A stretch of 64,000 bases of DNA from an uncultured Bacteroidota bacterium (GCA_902774205.1 CACYHL010000001.1:20022-84021), one strand, 5' to 3'; positions 9,568 to 19,644 are shown, counted from the first letter of the stretch. Made by a program: numbers and translations. Notes: generated by a model from the sequence alone, not told the origin.

Positions 9568-10590
9568 ATGAAGAAAATTGTTACTTTTGGGGAAATCATG
9601 TTGAAATTGTCGCCCGAATCTTTCGCCCGACTGACACAAGCCCATTCTCTGAAAGTTGAATATTCCGGGGCGGAAGCCAATGTCGCCGTCTCGTTGAGCC
9701 AATTGGGAATGGAAACCGTTTTTGTGAGTAAGGTGCCGGACAATGATATGGGAAGGAGTGCGATCAACTTTGTCCGTCAGTTCGGGGTCAATACGGCATA
9801 CGTTTGTCAAGGCGGCGAACGTATAGGCATTTATTTTACGGAAAAAGGTGCAGCCCAGCGGGCTTCCAAAGTGATTTACGATAGGAAACATTCGGCAATC
9901 GCTACTGCGGAAGCTGATGATTTTGACTGGGAAGCAATTTTCAGAGATGCACAGTGGTTCCATTTTACGGGCATTACGCCCGCTTTAAGCGATAATCTTG
10001 CGGAAATCTGTTTGCAGGCTTGTAAAACCGCAAAAGCAAAAGGCATTCATGTCAGTTGTGACTTGAATTATCGCTCAAAACTTTGGACAAAAGAAAAAGC
10101 CAGAACGGTCATGTCAAGGTTGGCTCCTTACGTGGACATCTGTATTGCCAACGAAGCTGATATGAACGATGTATTTGATTTTTCGTCAGGAAAAGAACAA
10201 CTGAATTATTCCTCCATTGATGAAAAATCCTATCAGAAAGTCGCTAAAATGGCGGCGGAGAAATTGGGGTTCAAAAAGGTGGCCATCACTTTGAGAGAAT
10301 CCATTTCAGCGAGCGACAACAACTGGTCTGCAATGCTGTATGACGGAACGGATTTTTATCAAAGCAAGCAGTACGCCATCCACATCGTTGACCGTATCGG
10401 TAGCGGTGACTCCTTTGCAGCAGGCCTGATTTACGGATTCTTACAGAATTTCGATAATCAAAAAAGTCTGGATTTTGCCGTGGCGGCAAGTTGTTTGAAA
10501 CATTCCATTGAAGGTGATTACAATCTTGTGACAGCCGCTGAAGTAGAGAATTTGTTAAATAACAACACATTTGGAAGAATTCAAAGATAA
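9568..10590 (+). CDS. PfkB-family sugar kinase (2-dehydro-3-deoxygluconokinase-like)
   Basis: GAEANVAV near the N-terminus and the C-terminal DRIGSGDSFAAGLIYG ATP/anion-hole motif. Confidence 0.75.
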   Translation: MKKIVTFGEIMLKLSPESFARLTQAHSLKVEYSGAEANVAVSLSQLGMETVFVSKVPDNDMGRSAINFVRQFGVNTAYVCQGGERIGIYFTEKGAAQRASKVIYDRKHSAIATAEADDFDWEAIFRDAQWFHFTGITPALSDNLAEICLQACKTAKAKGIHVSCDLNYRSKLWTKEKARTVMSRLAPYVDICIANEADMNDVFDFSSGKEQLNYSSIDEKSYQKVAKMAAEKLGFKKVAITLRESISASDNNWSAMLYDGTDFYQSKQYAIHIVDRIGSGDSFAAGLIYGFLQNFDNQKSLDFAVAASCLKHSIEGDYNLVTAAEVENLLNNNTFGRIQR

Positions 10591-10594
10591 CATT

Positions 10595-11761
10595 ATGATA
10601 CCTGTTTCTGCCGTTGCCAACTCTATTGAGTCCTCGTTGATTCGTAGCATCTTCAATTTGGCCAAACAATTGGACGATGTGGTTGACTTTACTCTCGGTG
10701 ATCCTGACGTGCAACCCCATTTGGCTATCAAAAATGCCGCATGTGAATCGATACAACAAGGCAAAACCCGTTATTCTCAAAATGCCGGCCTGCTTGAATT
10801 AAGACAAACAATCAGCCAATATTACAAAAGAAAAGAAGGATTTGACTATGATCCCGTAACGGAAATCATGGTCTCTGTCGGAGCAATGGAAGGATTGTAT
10901 CTTGCCTTCCTTGCCATGTTGAATCTGGATGACGAAGTGATTATTCCAGCACCTTATTATGTCAATTACGTGCAGATGGTGCAGCTTTGCCATGCCAAAC
11001 CGATCATCGTTGACAATCCCGGAAAAGAGGAACTCTCTTTCAGCGTGGAAGATATTGAAAAGGCAATTACGTCTAAGACAAAAGCAATCATTATCAACAC
11101 CCCTTCCAATCCTTCGGGGAAAATCATACCACAGGAAAAAATCAAAGCCTTGGCAGATATCGCTAAAAAATACGATTTGACTGTTATCGCAGACGAAGTT
11201 TACAAATGCCTTATTTACGATGGAACAGAATTCAAGAGCATTGTAGCGATAGAAGGCATGCGGGAACGCACGGTACTTATCAATAGTTTGTCAAAGGAAT
11301 TTTGTATGACGGGCTATCGTATCGGCTACGTGCTGGCTCCGTCTGAACTGATTGCCGCCATGACAAAATTGCAGGAAAACGTGGCAGCCTGTGCCCCACT
11401 TCCTTCGCAATATGCTGCAATTGAGGCTCTTAGCGGGAAAGAGGATTATTCCAAAAACATGGTTGAAATTTTCACCAAACGCCGTAACGTCCTATATGAA
11501 GGTTTAAAGGATTTGCCTCTGATAAAAGCCCATCAGCCGGAAGCCACTTTCTACATGATGGTGGATATTTCCGAAACGGGAATGACTTCTCTGGAATTTG
11601 CACATGCCATTTTGGAAAAAGCGCATGTCGCGGTTGTGCCGGGCATTGCATACGGGAAAAGCTGTGACAAATATGTCAGAATTGCGTTTACTCTTGAAGA
11701 AGACAGAATAAAAGAAGGGATAAATAGAATATCTCATTTCATTAACTCTATTGCCAAATGA
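10595..11761 (+). CDS. class I/II PLP-dependent aminotransferase
   Basis: The ORF-track TTG start at 10571 overlaps the kinase; the first ATG is 10595. Motifs INTPSNPSG and SLSKEFCMTGYRIGY (PLP lysine). Confidence 0.8.
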   Translation: MIPVSAVANSIESSLIRSIFNLAKQLDDVVDFTLGDPDVQPHLAIKNAACESIQQGKTRYSQNAGLLELRQTISQYYKRKEGFDYDPVTEIMVSVGAMEGLYLAFLAMLNLDDEVIIPAPYYVNYVQMVQLCHAKPIIVDNPGKEELSFSVEDIEKAITSKTKAIIINTPSNPSGKIIPQEKIKALADIAKKYDLTVIADEVYKCLIYDGTEFKSIVAIEGMRERTVLINSLSKEFCMTGYRIGYVLAPSELIAAMTKLQENVAACAPLPSQYAAIEALSGKEDYSKNMVEIFTKRRNVLYEGLKDLPLIKAHQPEATFYMMVDISETGMTSLEFAHAILEKAHVAVVPGIAYGKSCDKYVRIAFTLEEDRIKEGINRISHFINSIAK

Positions 11762-12972
11762 AAAGAATACTAATGTTGGGCGGCTCGCTCTACCAGACAT
11801 ACGCCATTAAAGAAGCGGTAAGATTGGGGTATTATGTCATCACTTGTGATTATTTGCCCGAAAATCCCGGACATAAGTTCGCACATGAATACCACAATGT
11901 CAGCACCACGGACAAAGAGGCTGTACTGGAATTGGCGAAAAAATTAAATGTGGACGGGGTCGTGGCATACGCTTCAGATCCAGCAGCTCCGACGGCAGCA
12001 TACGTTTGCGAAAAACTCGGTCTGCCCACCTCTCCTTACAAATCTGTGGAAATCCTTTCCAACAAAGACCTTTTCCGAGATTTTCTCCAAAGGAACCATT
12101 TCAATTGTCCCAAGGCAAAGGGATATACAACTTACGAAGAAGCCTTGAAGGACATTGACGAATACCGCCTACCCGTAATGGTGAAACCTGTGGATTCGTC
12201 AGGAAGTAAGGGAATAAACAAACTTACGGATTGGGGACAGTTGAAAGATTTTGTGGAAGACGCCCTGCATTACTCCCGCAGGAAATGTTTTCTGATAGAG
12301 GAATTTATCGTCAAGAAAGGCCATCAGATTTCCGGAGACGCTTTTTCTGTGAACGGGGAATTGGTTTTCCATTGTTTGGGTAATGAGTTTTATGACCCGA
12401 ATTGCGACAAGGATTTTGCTCCGCTTGGAGAGTGCTGGCCGTTTGAAATGGATCACAAATATATTGAAGATTTGGAACAACAGTTGCAGCGTTTGATGAC
12501 GTTGCTTAATATGAAATCCAATGCCTATAATGTGGAAGCCATTGTGGGCGAAGACGACAAAGTTTATTTGCTGGAGCTCGGGGCTCGCAGCGGAGGCAGT
12601 CTGATACCGCAAGTCACAGAATGTGCGACTGGAGTTAATATGGTAACGTGGGTAGTACAAGCGGCTGCGGGAGACCCTATTGACTTGTCAATACTCAATG
12701 AACGTAAAGAAATGCCCATTAAAGGGTGCTGGTCAAACTACATGGTGCATCCGACTGAAACAGGAAAATATGATGGAACTTGGTTTGACGAAGAGTTCAA
12801 AAAAAAGCATTTGGTGGATTTTGTAACGGATACCAAAGAGGGCGAGGAAGTGCATAAATTCCGCGGTGCACAGGACTGCACAGGGGAACTCATTTTGAAA
12901 TACGATACGCCGCAACAGATGATGCAAGTGATTAAGGATATGGACGAATACGTAAAAGTGAGGGTGAAGTAA
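11758..12972 (+). CDS. ATP-grasp domain ligase
   Basis: ATGA overlap with the upstream gene. Blocks PVMVKPVDSSGSKGI, LIEEFI and VYLLELGARSGG fit the ATP-grasp layout. Confidence 0.7.
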   Translation: MKRILMLGGSLYQTYAIKEAVRLGYYVITCDYLPENPGHKFAHEYHNVSTTDKEAVLELAKKLNVDGVVAYASDPAAPTAAYVCEKLGLPTSPYKSVEILSNKDLFRDFLQRNHFNCPKAKGYTTYEEALKDIDEYRLPVMVKPVDSSGSKGINKLTDWGQLKDFVEDALHYSRRKCFLIEEFIVKKGHQISGDAFSVNGELVFHCLGNEFYDPNCDKDFAPLGECWPFEMDHKYIEDLEQQLQRLMTLLNMKSNAYNVEAIVGEDDKVYLLELGARSGGSLIPQVTECATGVNMVTWVVQAAAGDPIDLSILNERKEMPIKGCWSNYMVHPTETGKYDGTWFDEEFKKKHLVDFVTDTKEGEEVHKFRGAQDCTGELILKYDTPQQMMQVIKDMDEYVKVRVK

Positions 12973-13427
12973 TGGGGTTAACTGTTGTGAAAAAGGATAT
13001 TGATTATATCAGAGCTACTTTAGACCCGGAGGCAGTACACACTCTTTTGCAGAAGTGCGACGAAGGATTTGTGCCGTCGTTATCCCAAACAATGAATTTG
13101 AAGCAATACGCTCAAAAGTTATCCGATTTTGCACAGTTTGTCATAGCTCTCGACAATGGAAGCGAAGCAGGCTTTGTCGCCTATTACCTTAATGATGAAG
13201 GACATTTCATCTATGTGCCTCTTATTTGGGTGTCAAGTGAATATCAAAAAAACGGAATCGGTCAGCAATTGATTGCACAACTATCGGAACTTTCTTTAAT
13301 GGGATATTCATCTATACGTTTGGAAGTTTTGAAAAGCAACACAGGAGCATGCCATTTCTATTTAAAAGAGAATTTTAAAATTGCAGAGGAGAGGGATAGT
13401 AAATGGCTGATGTCAAAAAATATATAA
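12972..13427 (+). CDS. GNAT-family N-acetyltransferase
   Basis: 151 aa. The acetyl-CoA motif QKNGIGQQLIAQL fits Q/RxxGxG/A. TAATG overlap with the ATP-grasp gene. Confidence 0.7.
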   Translation: MGLTVVKKDIDYIRATLDPEAVHTLLQKCDEGFVPSLSQTMNLKQYAQKLSDFAQFVIALDNGSEAGFVAYYLNDEGHFIYVPLIWVSSEYQKNGIGQQLIAQLSELSLMGYSSIRLEVLKSNTGACHFYLKENFKIAEERDSKWLMSKNI

Positions 13428-13465
13428 ATAACTACTAACTACTTTGCATCAAAATATTTTGTAAA

Positions 13466-14524
13466 ATGAAACATATTTTTAGCGTTTGGGGACATCTTAC
13501 TTTTTATATCGCAAAAAGAATCATTGAATTAGATCAGTTGAACCCCGATGATTGCATATTCGTCCTTGCCCGTGATTATAAAATCATGGAAAAATATCAA
13601 AAGCAATTCAAGAATCAGATACATATTCGATATAGAGTTGAAGGTGAGAATCAATTTTCAAATAGAATATTTGCTGGGGCTAATTTCATAGCCACGCACA
13701 GAAATATCGCCCATTTTGATAGTTTGATAGATTCTTATACAAAAGGGGACACCTACATTTATTATTCGGCAAATTTAGGAAACGACTACGGGAACCTCTT
13801 GGTAAGCAACAAGCATTGTCAAGGCTATTTTGTCACAGAAGATGGCATGGGGTCATACAGGGATTTTAATCCGGAAGTCTTTCCTGGAATATTGCAAAAG
13901 TTGACTTATAGAATATTGCGCACCCTTTATCCTCGATTATATCGGTATAAACATCATTTTATTGTAACTGACTCACCAAAATTCAGAGGCTGCATCGCTT
14001 CCCAACCACAATGTTTTCCGTTACACCAACAATACTTAAGGGTCATCGGATTGCCTTTTGAGCATGTGGACCTGGGATTCACCCCTGATTGCATTCTCTC
14101 TATAGATCCAATGCATTTGTACTGCGACTGGGAGGCCATAACGAAAATCTATTCGCAGATTGCTACCGTCTTCAAAAAGAAGAATTATAAAACCATAGCC
14201 TACAAATTCCACCCCACATTCGATGCTGAAGCCAATAAGGAAATCAAACGTGTTTTTAACAAGATTATCCATGACTGTTTTGCTGACGAATTAGTGGAAT
14301 TGGGATCTCATGTTGTTTTGGAAAATATCTTCATGTCATATAAATGCGACTTTTATTCTAACAATTCCGCTGTTGGTATATATGCTCACGGCATGGGGGC
14401 CACCTGTTATACCATATATCCTATCATCAAAAAATTTGTCCCCTCAATTGGCATGGAAATCTCAAGTCTGGTAAGTCAGTATTATGTGAATATACCTGTT
14501 GATAACACAAATGACAATGAGTGA
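13466..14524 (+). CDS. putative nonulosonic-acid (sialyl-type) transferase
   Basis: 352 aa with no GT-A DxD signature. It contains both short motifs shared by bacterial sialyltransferases: D/E-D/E-G (FVTEDGMGSY, 13838-13846) and H-P (AYKFHPTF, 14210-14215), 124 aa apart. It sits next to a CMP-nonulosonate pathway. Confidence 0.4.
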   Translation: MKHIFSVWGHLTFYIAKRIIELDQLNPDDCIFVLARDYKIMEKYQKQFKNQIHIRYRVEGENQFSNRIFAGANFIATHRNIAHFDSLIDSYTKGDTYIYYSANLGNDYGNLLVSNKHCQGYFVTEDGMGSYRDFNPEVFPGILQKLTYRILRTLYPRLYRYKHHFIVTDSPKFRGCIASQPQCFPLHQQYLRVIGLPFEHVDLGFTPDCILSIDPMHLYCDWEAITKIYSQIATVFKKKNYKTIAYKFHPTFDAEANKEIKRVFNKIIHDCFADELVELGSHVVLENIFMSYKCDFYSNNSAVGIYAHGMGATCYTIYPIIKKFVPSIGMEISSLVSQYYVNIPVDNTNDNE

Positions 14525-15490
14525 ATGCAAATCCTAAGTATGTCTAGTCAAGATTCCATATTAGTAACCATTCGTTGTGCGGCCTATAACCATGGGAAAT
14601 ATATCCGCCAAACCTTGGAGGGTTTTGTAATGCAGCAAACAAGCTTTCGGTTTGAAGCACTGGTGCATGACGATGCCTCCACAGACAACACAGCAGATAT
14701 CATTCGCGAATATGCAAATAAATATCCGGACATTATCAAACCCTATTTCCAAAAGGAAAACAAATTCTCAATCAACCCCAGAATCATAGATGAGTGGTTC
14801 GCCTCCAGCACCCAAGGCAAATACCTTGCTATCTGCGAAGGAGATGATTTCTGGACAGATCCGCTCAAACTGCAGAAACAGGTGGATTTTCTGGAAAGCC
14901 ATCCAGATTACAACTTGGTCTGTCACAACTGGAACACTTTCAACGGGACAGAATACGGGGAATCCCCTGTCCACCATCTCTATACCCAGCCGTTCAGTTT
15001 CACTTTTGCACAACTTCCATGGATTTGGATTACCAAGACCTTGACTCTGCTATTGAGAAGCAGCGCTCTCGACTACTCCCTTTTGAATCAGTACAAGTAT
15101 TGTCGGGATGTGCATTTTGTGTATCACGCTTTAAAAGCGGGCAAAGGCTACTATATGCCCGAAGTCATGGCCACCTACCGTGTACATGATGGAGGGGTAT
15201 GGAGCAAGCATGATGCCAACGAGAAAAACCGTACCACCTATGAATTGTATAAAGAACTCTATTCTTTCGAACCCAACAAAGCCGTGCGCAAGCGATATAT
15301 GAACGCCACCCTCGCCTATTACAACGGATTGGCCTTCGGGAAAGAAACATGGTGGCACTTCGGCACCAATGCAAAACTCTATTACGAGGCTCTGAGGAAC
15401 ATTACTGATGCGAAAGACATAGTTTTCTGTCTTGGCGGCCTCGTGCCTACCTCATTGGTGAAGTGGGTTATGAAGCGGTTTAAGGTTTAA
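14525..15490 (+). CDS. family-2 glycosyltransferase
   Basis: Motifs VTIRCAAYNHGKYIRQTLEGFVMQQT, HDDASTDNT and CEGDDFW. Its last ~58 aa are homologous to the gene fragment at 43450-43641. Confidence 0.8.
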   Translation: MQILSMSSQDSILVTIRCAAYNHGKYIRQTLEGFVMQQTSFRFEALVHDDASTDNTADIIREYANKYPDIIKPYFQKENKFSINPRIIDEWFASSTQGKYLAICEGDDFWTDPLKLQKQVDFLESHPDYNLVCHNWNTFNGTEYGESPVHHLYTQPFSFTFAQLPWIWITKTLTLLLRSSALDYSLLNQYKYCRDVHFVYHALKAGKGYYMPEVMATYRVHDGGVWSKHDANEKNRTTYELYKELYSFEPNKAVRKRYMNATLAYYNGLAFGKETWWHFGTNAKLYYEALRNITDAKDIVFCLGGLVPTSLVKWVMKRFKV

Positions 15491-15526
15491 CAGAAAATGC
15501 CAATAATATCGGATTTCTTTTTTTTG

Positions 15527-15534
15527 TACTTTTG
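15527..15534 (+). promoter_or_regulatory. -7 box TACTTTTG ahead of the nonulosonate operon
   Basis: TAnnTTTG 80 nt upstream of the ATG at 15614. Confidence 0.45.
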
Positions 15535-15613
15535 CAGTGAATTAGGAGTGAAACGTGCCAGTAATGGGATTTCGTTGTACAAAACTTTATGACAAAACAG
15601 AAAAGACAAACAC

Positions 15614-16840
15614 ATGTTCAACCTTAATAAATTCATTTCAGAACATATTACACATCGTCCCAACAGCATGTTTGCCCAGGATATTGAGGCAAATAAAGAG
15701 TTGTTGTGCAATGAGATAGAGAATAAGTCGGTGTGTGTGATAGGGGGTGCGGGAAGTATTGGCAGTTCTTTTATCAAAGCTGTACTCCCGTTCCGTCCGA
15801 GCAAACTCATTGTGATTGATTTGAACGAAAACGGTCTGGCGGAACTTACACGCGACTTGCGCTCTACGGAGGGTCTTTATGTCCCGCAGGAATACCGCGC
15901 TTACACTCTGAATTTTGCAGATCCGATTTTCGCCCGCATCTTCCGTGAGGAAAAGGGTTTTGACATCGTGGCGAATTTTTCCGCCCACAAGCACGTGCGC
16001 AGTGAGAAGGATAAATATTCCGTTCAGGCTTTGATTGAGAATAACGATATCAAGGCCAAGAAGTTGATGGATTTGCTGTGCGAGTTTCCACCCAAACACT
16101 TCTTCTGTGTAAGCACTGATAAGGCGGCCAACCCTGTGAACATCATGGGCGCCAGCAAGCGCATCATGGAGGATCTGGTGATGGCGTACAACGACAAATT
16201 CAAAGTGACCACCGCCCGTTTCGCCAATGTGGCTTTCAGCAATGGCTCGTTGCCGGATGGCTGGCTGCACCGTTTGCAGAAAAAACAGCCTTTGGCAGCG
16301 CCCAGCGATGTGAAACGTTACTTCGTTTCCCCTGAAGAGAGCGGACATATCTGTATGCTTGCCTGCATACTAGGTAAAGCAGGCGAAGTTTTTTTTCCAA
16401 AGTTGGGCGAAGAACAGATGCTGACATTCAGCGGTATTTGCGATGATTTCGTGAAAGCACAGGGATTGAGTAAAATGGAATGTTCCTCTGATGAGGAAGC
16501 AAAAATGAAAGCGTCAGCTATCGATGATTCTCAATATTCCACATTCAATTCTCAATTGGATTATCCTGTTGTCTATTTCAAGAGTGATACGACTGGAGAG
16601 AAGGCGTACGAGGAGTTCTATGTGCCTGGCGAAAAGGTTAATATGGAACGTTTTCGGGCATTGGGTGTGGTGGAAGAAACCACTCGCCGTCCGATGCCGG
16701 AGGTGAATGCCTTTTTTGAAAAACTGGAAACGCTATTCGCCAACGACTTCACCAAGGAGGATGTGGTAAAAGCCATTAAGGAGTTTATCCCCAACTTTGA
16801 GCATGAGGAGAAAGGGAAGAATTTGGATCAAAAAATGTAA
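15614..16840 (+). CDS. NDP-GlcNAc 4,6-dehydratase (CapD/PglF/LegB-type polysaccharide biosynthesis protein)
   Basis: VIGGAGSIGSSF Rossmann motif and FCVSTDKAANPVNIMGASKRIME (Polysacc_synt_2 signature). Confidence 0.75.
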   Translation: MFNLNKFISEHITHRPNSMFAQDIEANKELLCNEIENKSVCVIGGAGSIGSSFIKAVLPFRPSKLIVIDLNENGLAELTRDLRSTEGLYVPQEYRAYTLNFADPIFARIFREEKGFDIVANFSAHKHVRSEKDKYSVQALIENNDIKAKKLMDLLCEFPPKHFFCVSTDKAANPVNIMGASKRIMEDLVMAYNDKFKVTTARFANVAFSNGSLPDGWLHRLQKKQPLAAPSDVKRYFVSPEESGHICMLACILGKAGEVFFPKLGEEQMLTFSGICDDFVKAQGLSKMECSSDEEAKMKASAIDDSQYSTFNSQLDYPVVYFKSDTTGEKAYEEFYVPGEKVNMERFRALGVVEETTRRPMPEVNAFFEKLETLFANDFTKEDVVKAIKEFIPNFEHEEKGKNLDQKM

Positions 16841-16843
16841 ACT

Positions 16844-17995
16844 ATGTACGAAAAAATCACCAATTTCATAAAAGACCTATATGGCAACCAGGACTTCACT
16901 CCGCTGTCCGTGCCTGTGTTTGTCGGCAATGAAAAAAAATACCTCAACGAGTGCATCAACAGCACGTTCGTTTCGAGCGTTGGAAAGTTTGTGGACCGTT
17001 TTGAGGAGATGGTGGCGGAATACACCGGTGCGAAACGTGCCGTGGTGTGTGTAAACGGCACCAATGCACTGCACATGGCTCTGATGCTGGCGGGGGTGGA
17101 GCGTAACGATGAGGTTCTGACGCAGGCGCTCACCTTTATCGCCACCTGCAATGCCATCAGTTACATCGGGGCGCACCCGGTTTTTATTGATGTGGATAGG
17201 GAAACGATGGGACTTTCACCTGTTGCACTCCGCAAATGGTTGGAAGACAATGCGGAAGTGAAAAGCGATGTGTGCTACAACAAACATACGGGGCATCGAA
17301 TCAAGGCTTGCGTGCCGATGCACACTTTTGGTCATCCTTGCAAGATTGAGGAGATTGTTGCTGTTTGTCAGGAGTATCACATTGAATTGGTGGAGGATGC
17401 TGCGGAAAGCATTGGCAGTTTCTACAAGGGCCGACACACGGGAACTTTCGGAAAGATTGGCGCATTGAGTTTCAACGGCAATAAAACGGTTACCACGGGA
17501 GGGGGCGGAATGTTGCTGTTCAACGATGAGGAGTTGGGAAAATATGCCAAGCACCTCACCACCCAGGCCAAGGTGCCGCATCGCTGGGAGTTTGTACACG
17601 ATCATATCGGATACAACTACCGCATGCCCAACATTAATGCAGCTCTTGGTTGCGCACAGATGGAGCATTTGGAAGAATATGTGCTGAACAAGCGAGAAAC
17701 CGCTCACCGCTACCAAGAGTTCTTTGCCAACATGGACGACATCAGCTTTTTCACCGAACCTGAGAACTCCCGTTCCAACTATTGGCTGAATGTGGTGATT
17801 CTCAAGGATAAAGCAGCGCAACAGGAATTCCTGCAATACACCAACGACCACGGCGTAATGACCCGCCCGATTTGGGAGTTGATGAACCGCCTGCCCATGT
17901 TTGAGCACTGTCAGCACGACAGTTTGGAGAATACCATCTGGTTAGCTGACAGAGTGGTGAATATACCGAGCAGTGTAAGAATGAAGATATTATGA
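16844..17995 (+). CDS. legC: LegC-type DegT-family aminotransferase
   Basis: The N-terminus MYEKITNFIKDLYGN...PVFVGNEKKYLNECI and SFNGNKTVTTGGGG (PLP lysine) fit the family. It follows the dehydratase. Confidence 0.7.
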   Translation: MYEKITNFIKDLYGNQDFTPLSVPVFVGNEKKYLNECINSTFVSSVGKFVDRFEEMVAEYTGAKRAVVCVNGTNALHMALMLAGVERNDEVLTQALTFIATCNAISYIGAHPVFIDVDRETMGLSPVALRKWLEDNAEVKSDVCYNKHTGHRIKACVPMHTFGHPCKIEEIVAVCQEYHIELVEDAAESIGSFYKGRHTGTFGKIGALSFNGNKTVTTGGGGMLLFNDEELGKYAKHLTTQAKVPHRWEFVHDHIGYNYRMPNINAALGCAQMEHLEEYVLNKRETAHRYQEFFANMDDISFFTEPENSRSNYWLNVVILKDKAAQQEFLQYTNDHGVMTRPIWELMNRLPMFEHCQHDSLENTIWLADRVVNIPSSVRMKIL

Positions 17996-18627
17996 AAAAA
18001 CTAATTCTTATCGGCGGCGGTGGCCATTGCAAATCAGTGATCGATGTCGCAGAAAGTGCGGGTTACACCATTTTAGGAATTCTTGACCGACAAGGAGAGG
18101 TCGGCAAAAAGGTGCTGGGATACGAAGTCATAGGCACTGACGACAACATGGCGAAGTACGCCGATCAGGCTGAATTCATTGTGACGGTAGGACAGATCAA
18201 GTCGCCAGAGGTGCGAATCCGTCTCCATCAGATGCTGGCCGATGCCGGTTGCCAACTCGCCACCATCGTTTCTCCTACTGCGCATGTCTCAAAATATGCG
18301 ACCGTGGGTGAAGGAACAGTGGTGATGCATCAGGCAGTGGTGAACGCCGATGCCAAAATTGGCAAAGGTTGCATTATCAACACGATGGCCAATATTGAGC
18401 ACGATGCGGTCATAGGGGACTATTGTCATATCTCAACCGGAGCTATGGTGAATGGCGAGTGTAAAGTGGGCGAACGTAGCTTCATTGGCAGTCAGGCGGT
18501 ACTGGCTAATTGCATCTCCGTTGGAGCTGACATTGTTGTGGGGGCTGGCTCTCTCGTTAGAAAGAGTATCGCAGAAAAAGGGATCTATTCCGGCAATCCT
18601 GCCATTTTGAAAATCAGTGCGAAATGA
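17992..18627 (+). CDS. NeuD/PglD/LegH-family hexapeptide N-acetyltransferase
   Basis: ATGA overlap. KLILIGGGGHCKSVIDVAE N-domain followed by left-handed beta-helix hexapeptide repeats. Confidence 0.75.
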   Translation: MKKLILIGGGGHCKSVIDVAESAGYTILGILDRQGEVGKKVLGYEVIGTDDNMAKYADQAEFIVTVGQIKSPEVRIRLHQMLADAGCQLATIVSPTAHVSKYATVGEGTVVMHQAVVNADAKIGKGCIINTMANIEHDAVIGDYCHISTGAMVNGECKVGERSFIGSQAVLANCISVGADIVVGAGSLVRKSIAEKGIYSGNPAILKISAK

Positions 18628-19634
18628 ACCATACAATCATTATAGCTGAAGCAGGTGTGAACCATAACGGTTCCATTGAGTTGGCCAAACAATTGGTGGA
18701 CAAAGCGGTGGAAGCAGGCGTGGATTATATCAAGTTTCAGACTTTCAAGGCAGCAAACCTTGTTACTAGAAGCGCGCAGCAAGCTGATTATCAGATGAGA
18801 AATATCGGTAGTAGGGACAATAGTCAGTATCAGATGCTGAAAAAACTGGAGCTTTCTCAAAAGGAACATTTGGAATTGATTGGTTATTGCCAGCAAAGAG
18901 GAATTCACTTCTTTTCTACCGCATTTGATTCCGATAGTGTTGAATTTCTGGACTCATTGCATCTTGGTCTCTGGAAAATTCCTTCAGGAGAGATTACGAA
19001 TTACCCGTACATCAAACAGATTGCCCAAAAGCAAGGTGATGTGATTCTTTCTACTGGGATGAGCACCGCTGAAGATATTCAGAATGCCGTAGATGTTTTG
19101 TTGAGGTGGGGTAAAACCAAAGACCAAATCACAATTCTGCATTGCAACACCGAATACCCCACACCATTTGAGGATGTGAATCTGCGGGCAATGCAAACAA
19201 TCAAAGAGCGCTTTGGCACACAGGTGGGCTATTCCGATCATACCCGTGGCATCGAGGTGCCCATCGCGGCCGTGGCTCTGGGCGCCACAGTTATTGAAAA
19301 GCATTTTACTCTTGACAGAAATATGCCGGGCCCCGACCACAAAGCTTCGCTTGAACCCGATGAGCTGAAAGCGATGGTGTCGGCTATCCGCAATATTGAA
19401 AAAGCTCTTGGCAGTTCAGAAAAAAAAGTGACAGATTCCGAGCGCAAAAACATTGCCATTGCCCGCAAAAGCATTGTGGCCGCCACTAATATCAAGAAAG
19501 GAGAAATATTTACTGAAGAAAACATCACCGTAAAACGCCCTGGAACAGGCATCTCCCCCATGCGTTGGGAAGAGGTGTTGGGGACCACGGCAGTGCGCGA
19601 TTTTCAAGAGGATGAATTGATTGAAATACCCTAA
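18624..19634 (+). CDS. NeuB-family nonulosonic acid synthase (LegI-like)
   Basis: Motifs IIAEAGVNHNGS and KFQTF, with a C-terminal SAF domain (ITVKRPGTGISP). Confidence 0.85.
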   Translation: MNHTIIIAEAGVNHNGSIELAKQLVDKAVEAGVDYIKFQTFKAANLVTRSAQQADYQMRNIGSRDNSQYQMLKKLELSQKEHLELIGYCQQRGIHFFSTAFDSDSVEFLDSLHLGLWKIPSGEITNYPYIKQIAQKQGDVILSTGMSTAEDIQNAVDVLLRWGKTKDQITILHCNTEYPTPFEDVNLRAMQTIKERFGTQVGYSDHTRGIEVPIAAVALGATVIEKHFTLDRNMPGPDHKASLEPDELKAMVSAIRNIEKALGSSEKKVTDSERKNIAIARKSIVAATNIKKGEIFTEENITVKRPGTGISPMRWEEVLGTTAVRDFQEDELIEIP

Positions 19635-19644
19635 ATGTATTTTT

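Noticed and set aside
15638-17917. 236-aa (15638-16348) and 233-aa (17216-17917) minus-strand ORFs inside the dehydratase and LegC genes
   Set aside because: Both are antisense to well-supported genes. Their composition (H/R/V/Q-rich) is typical of reverse-frame translation.
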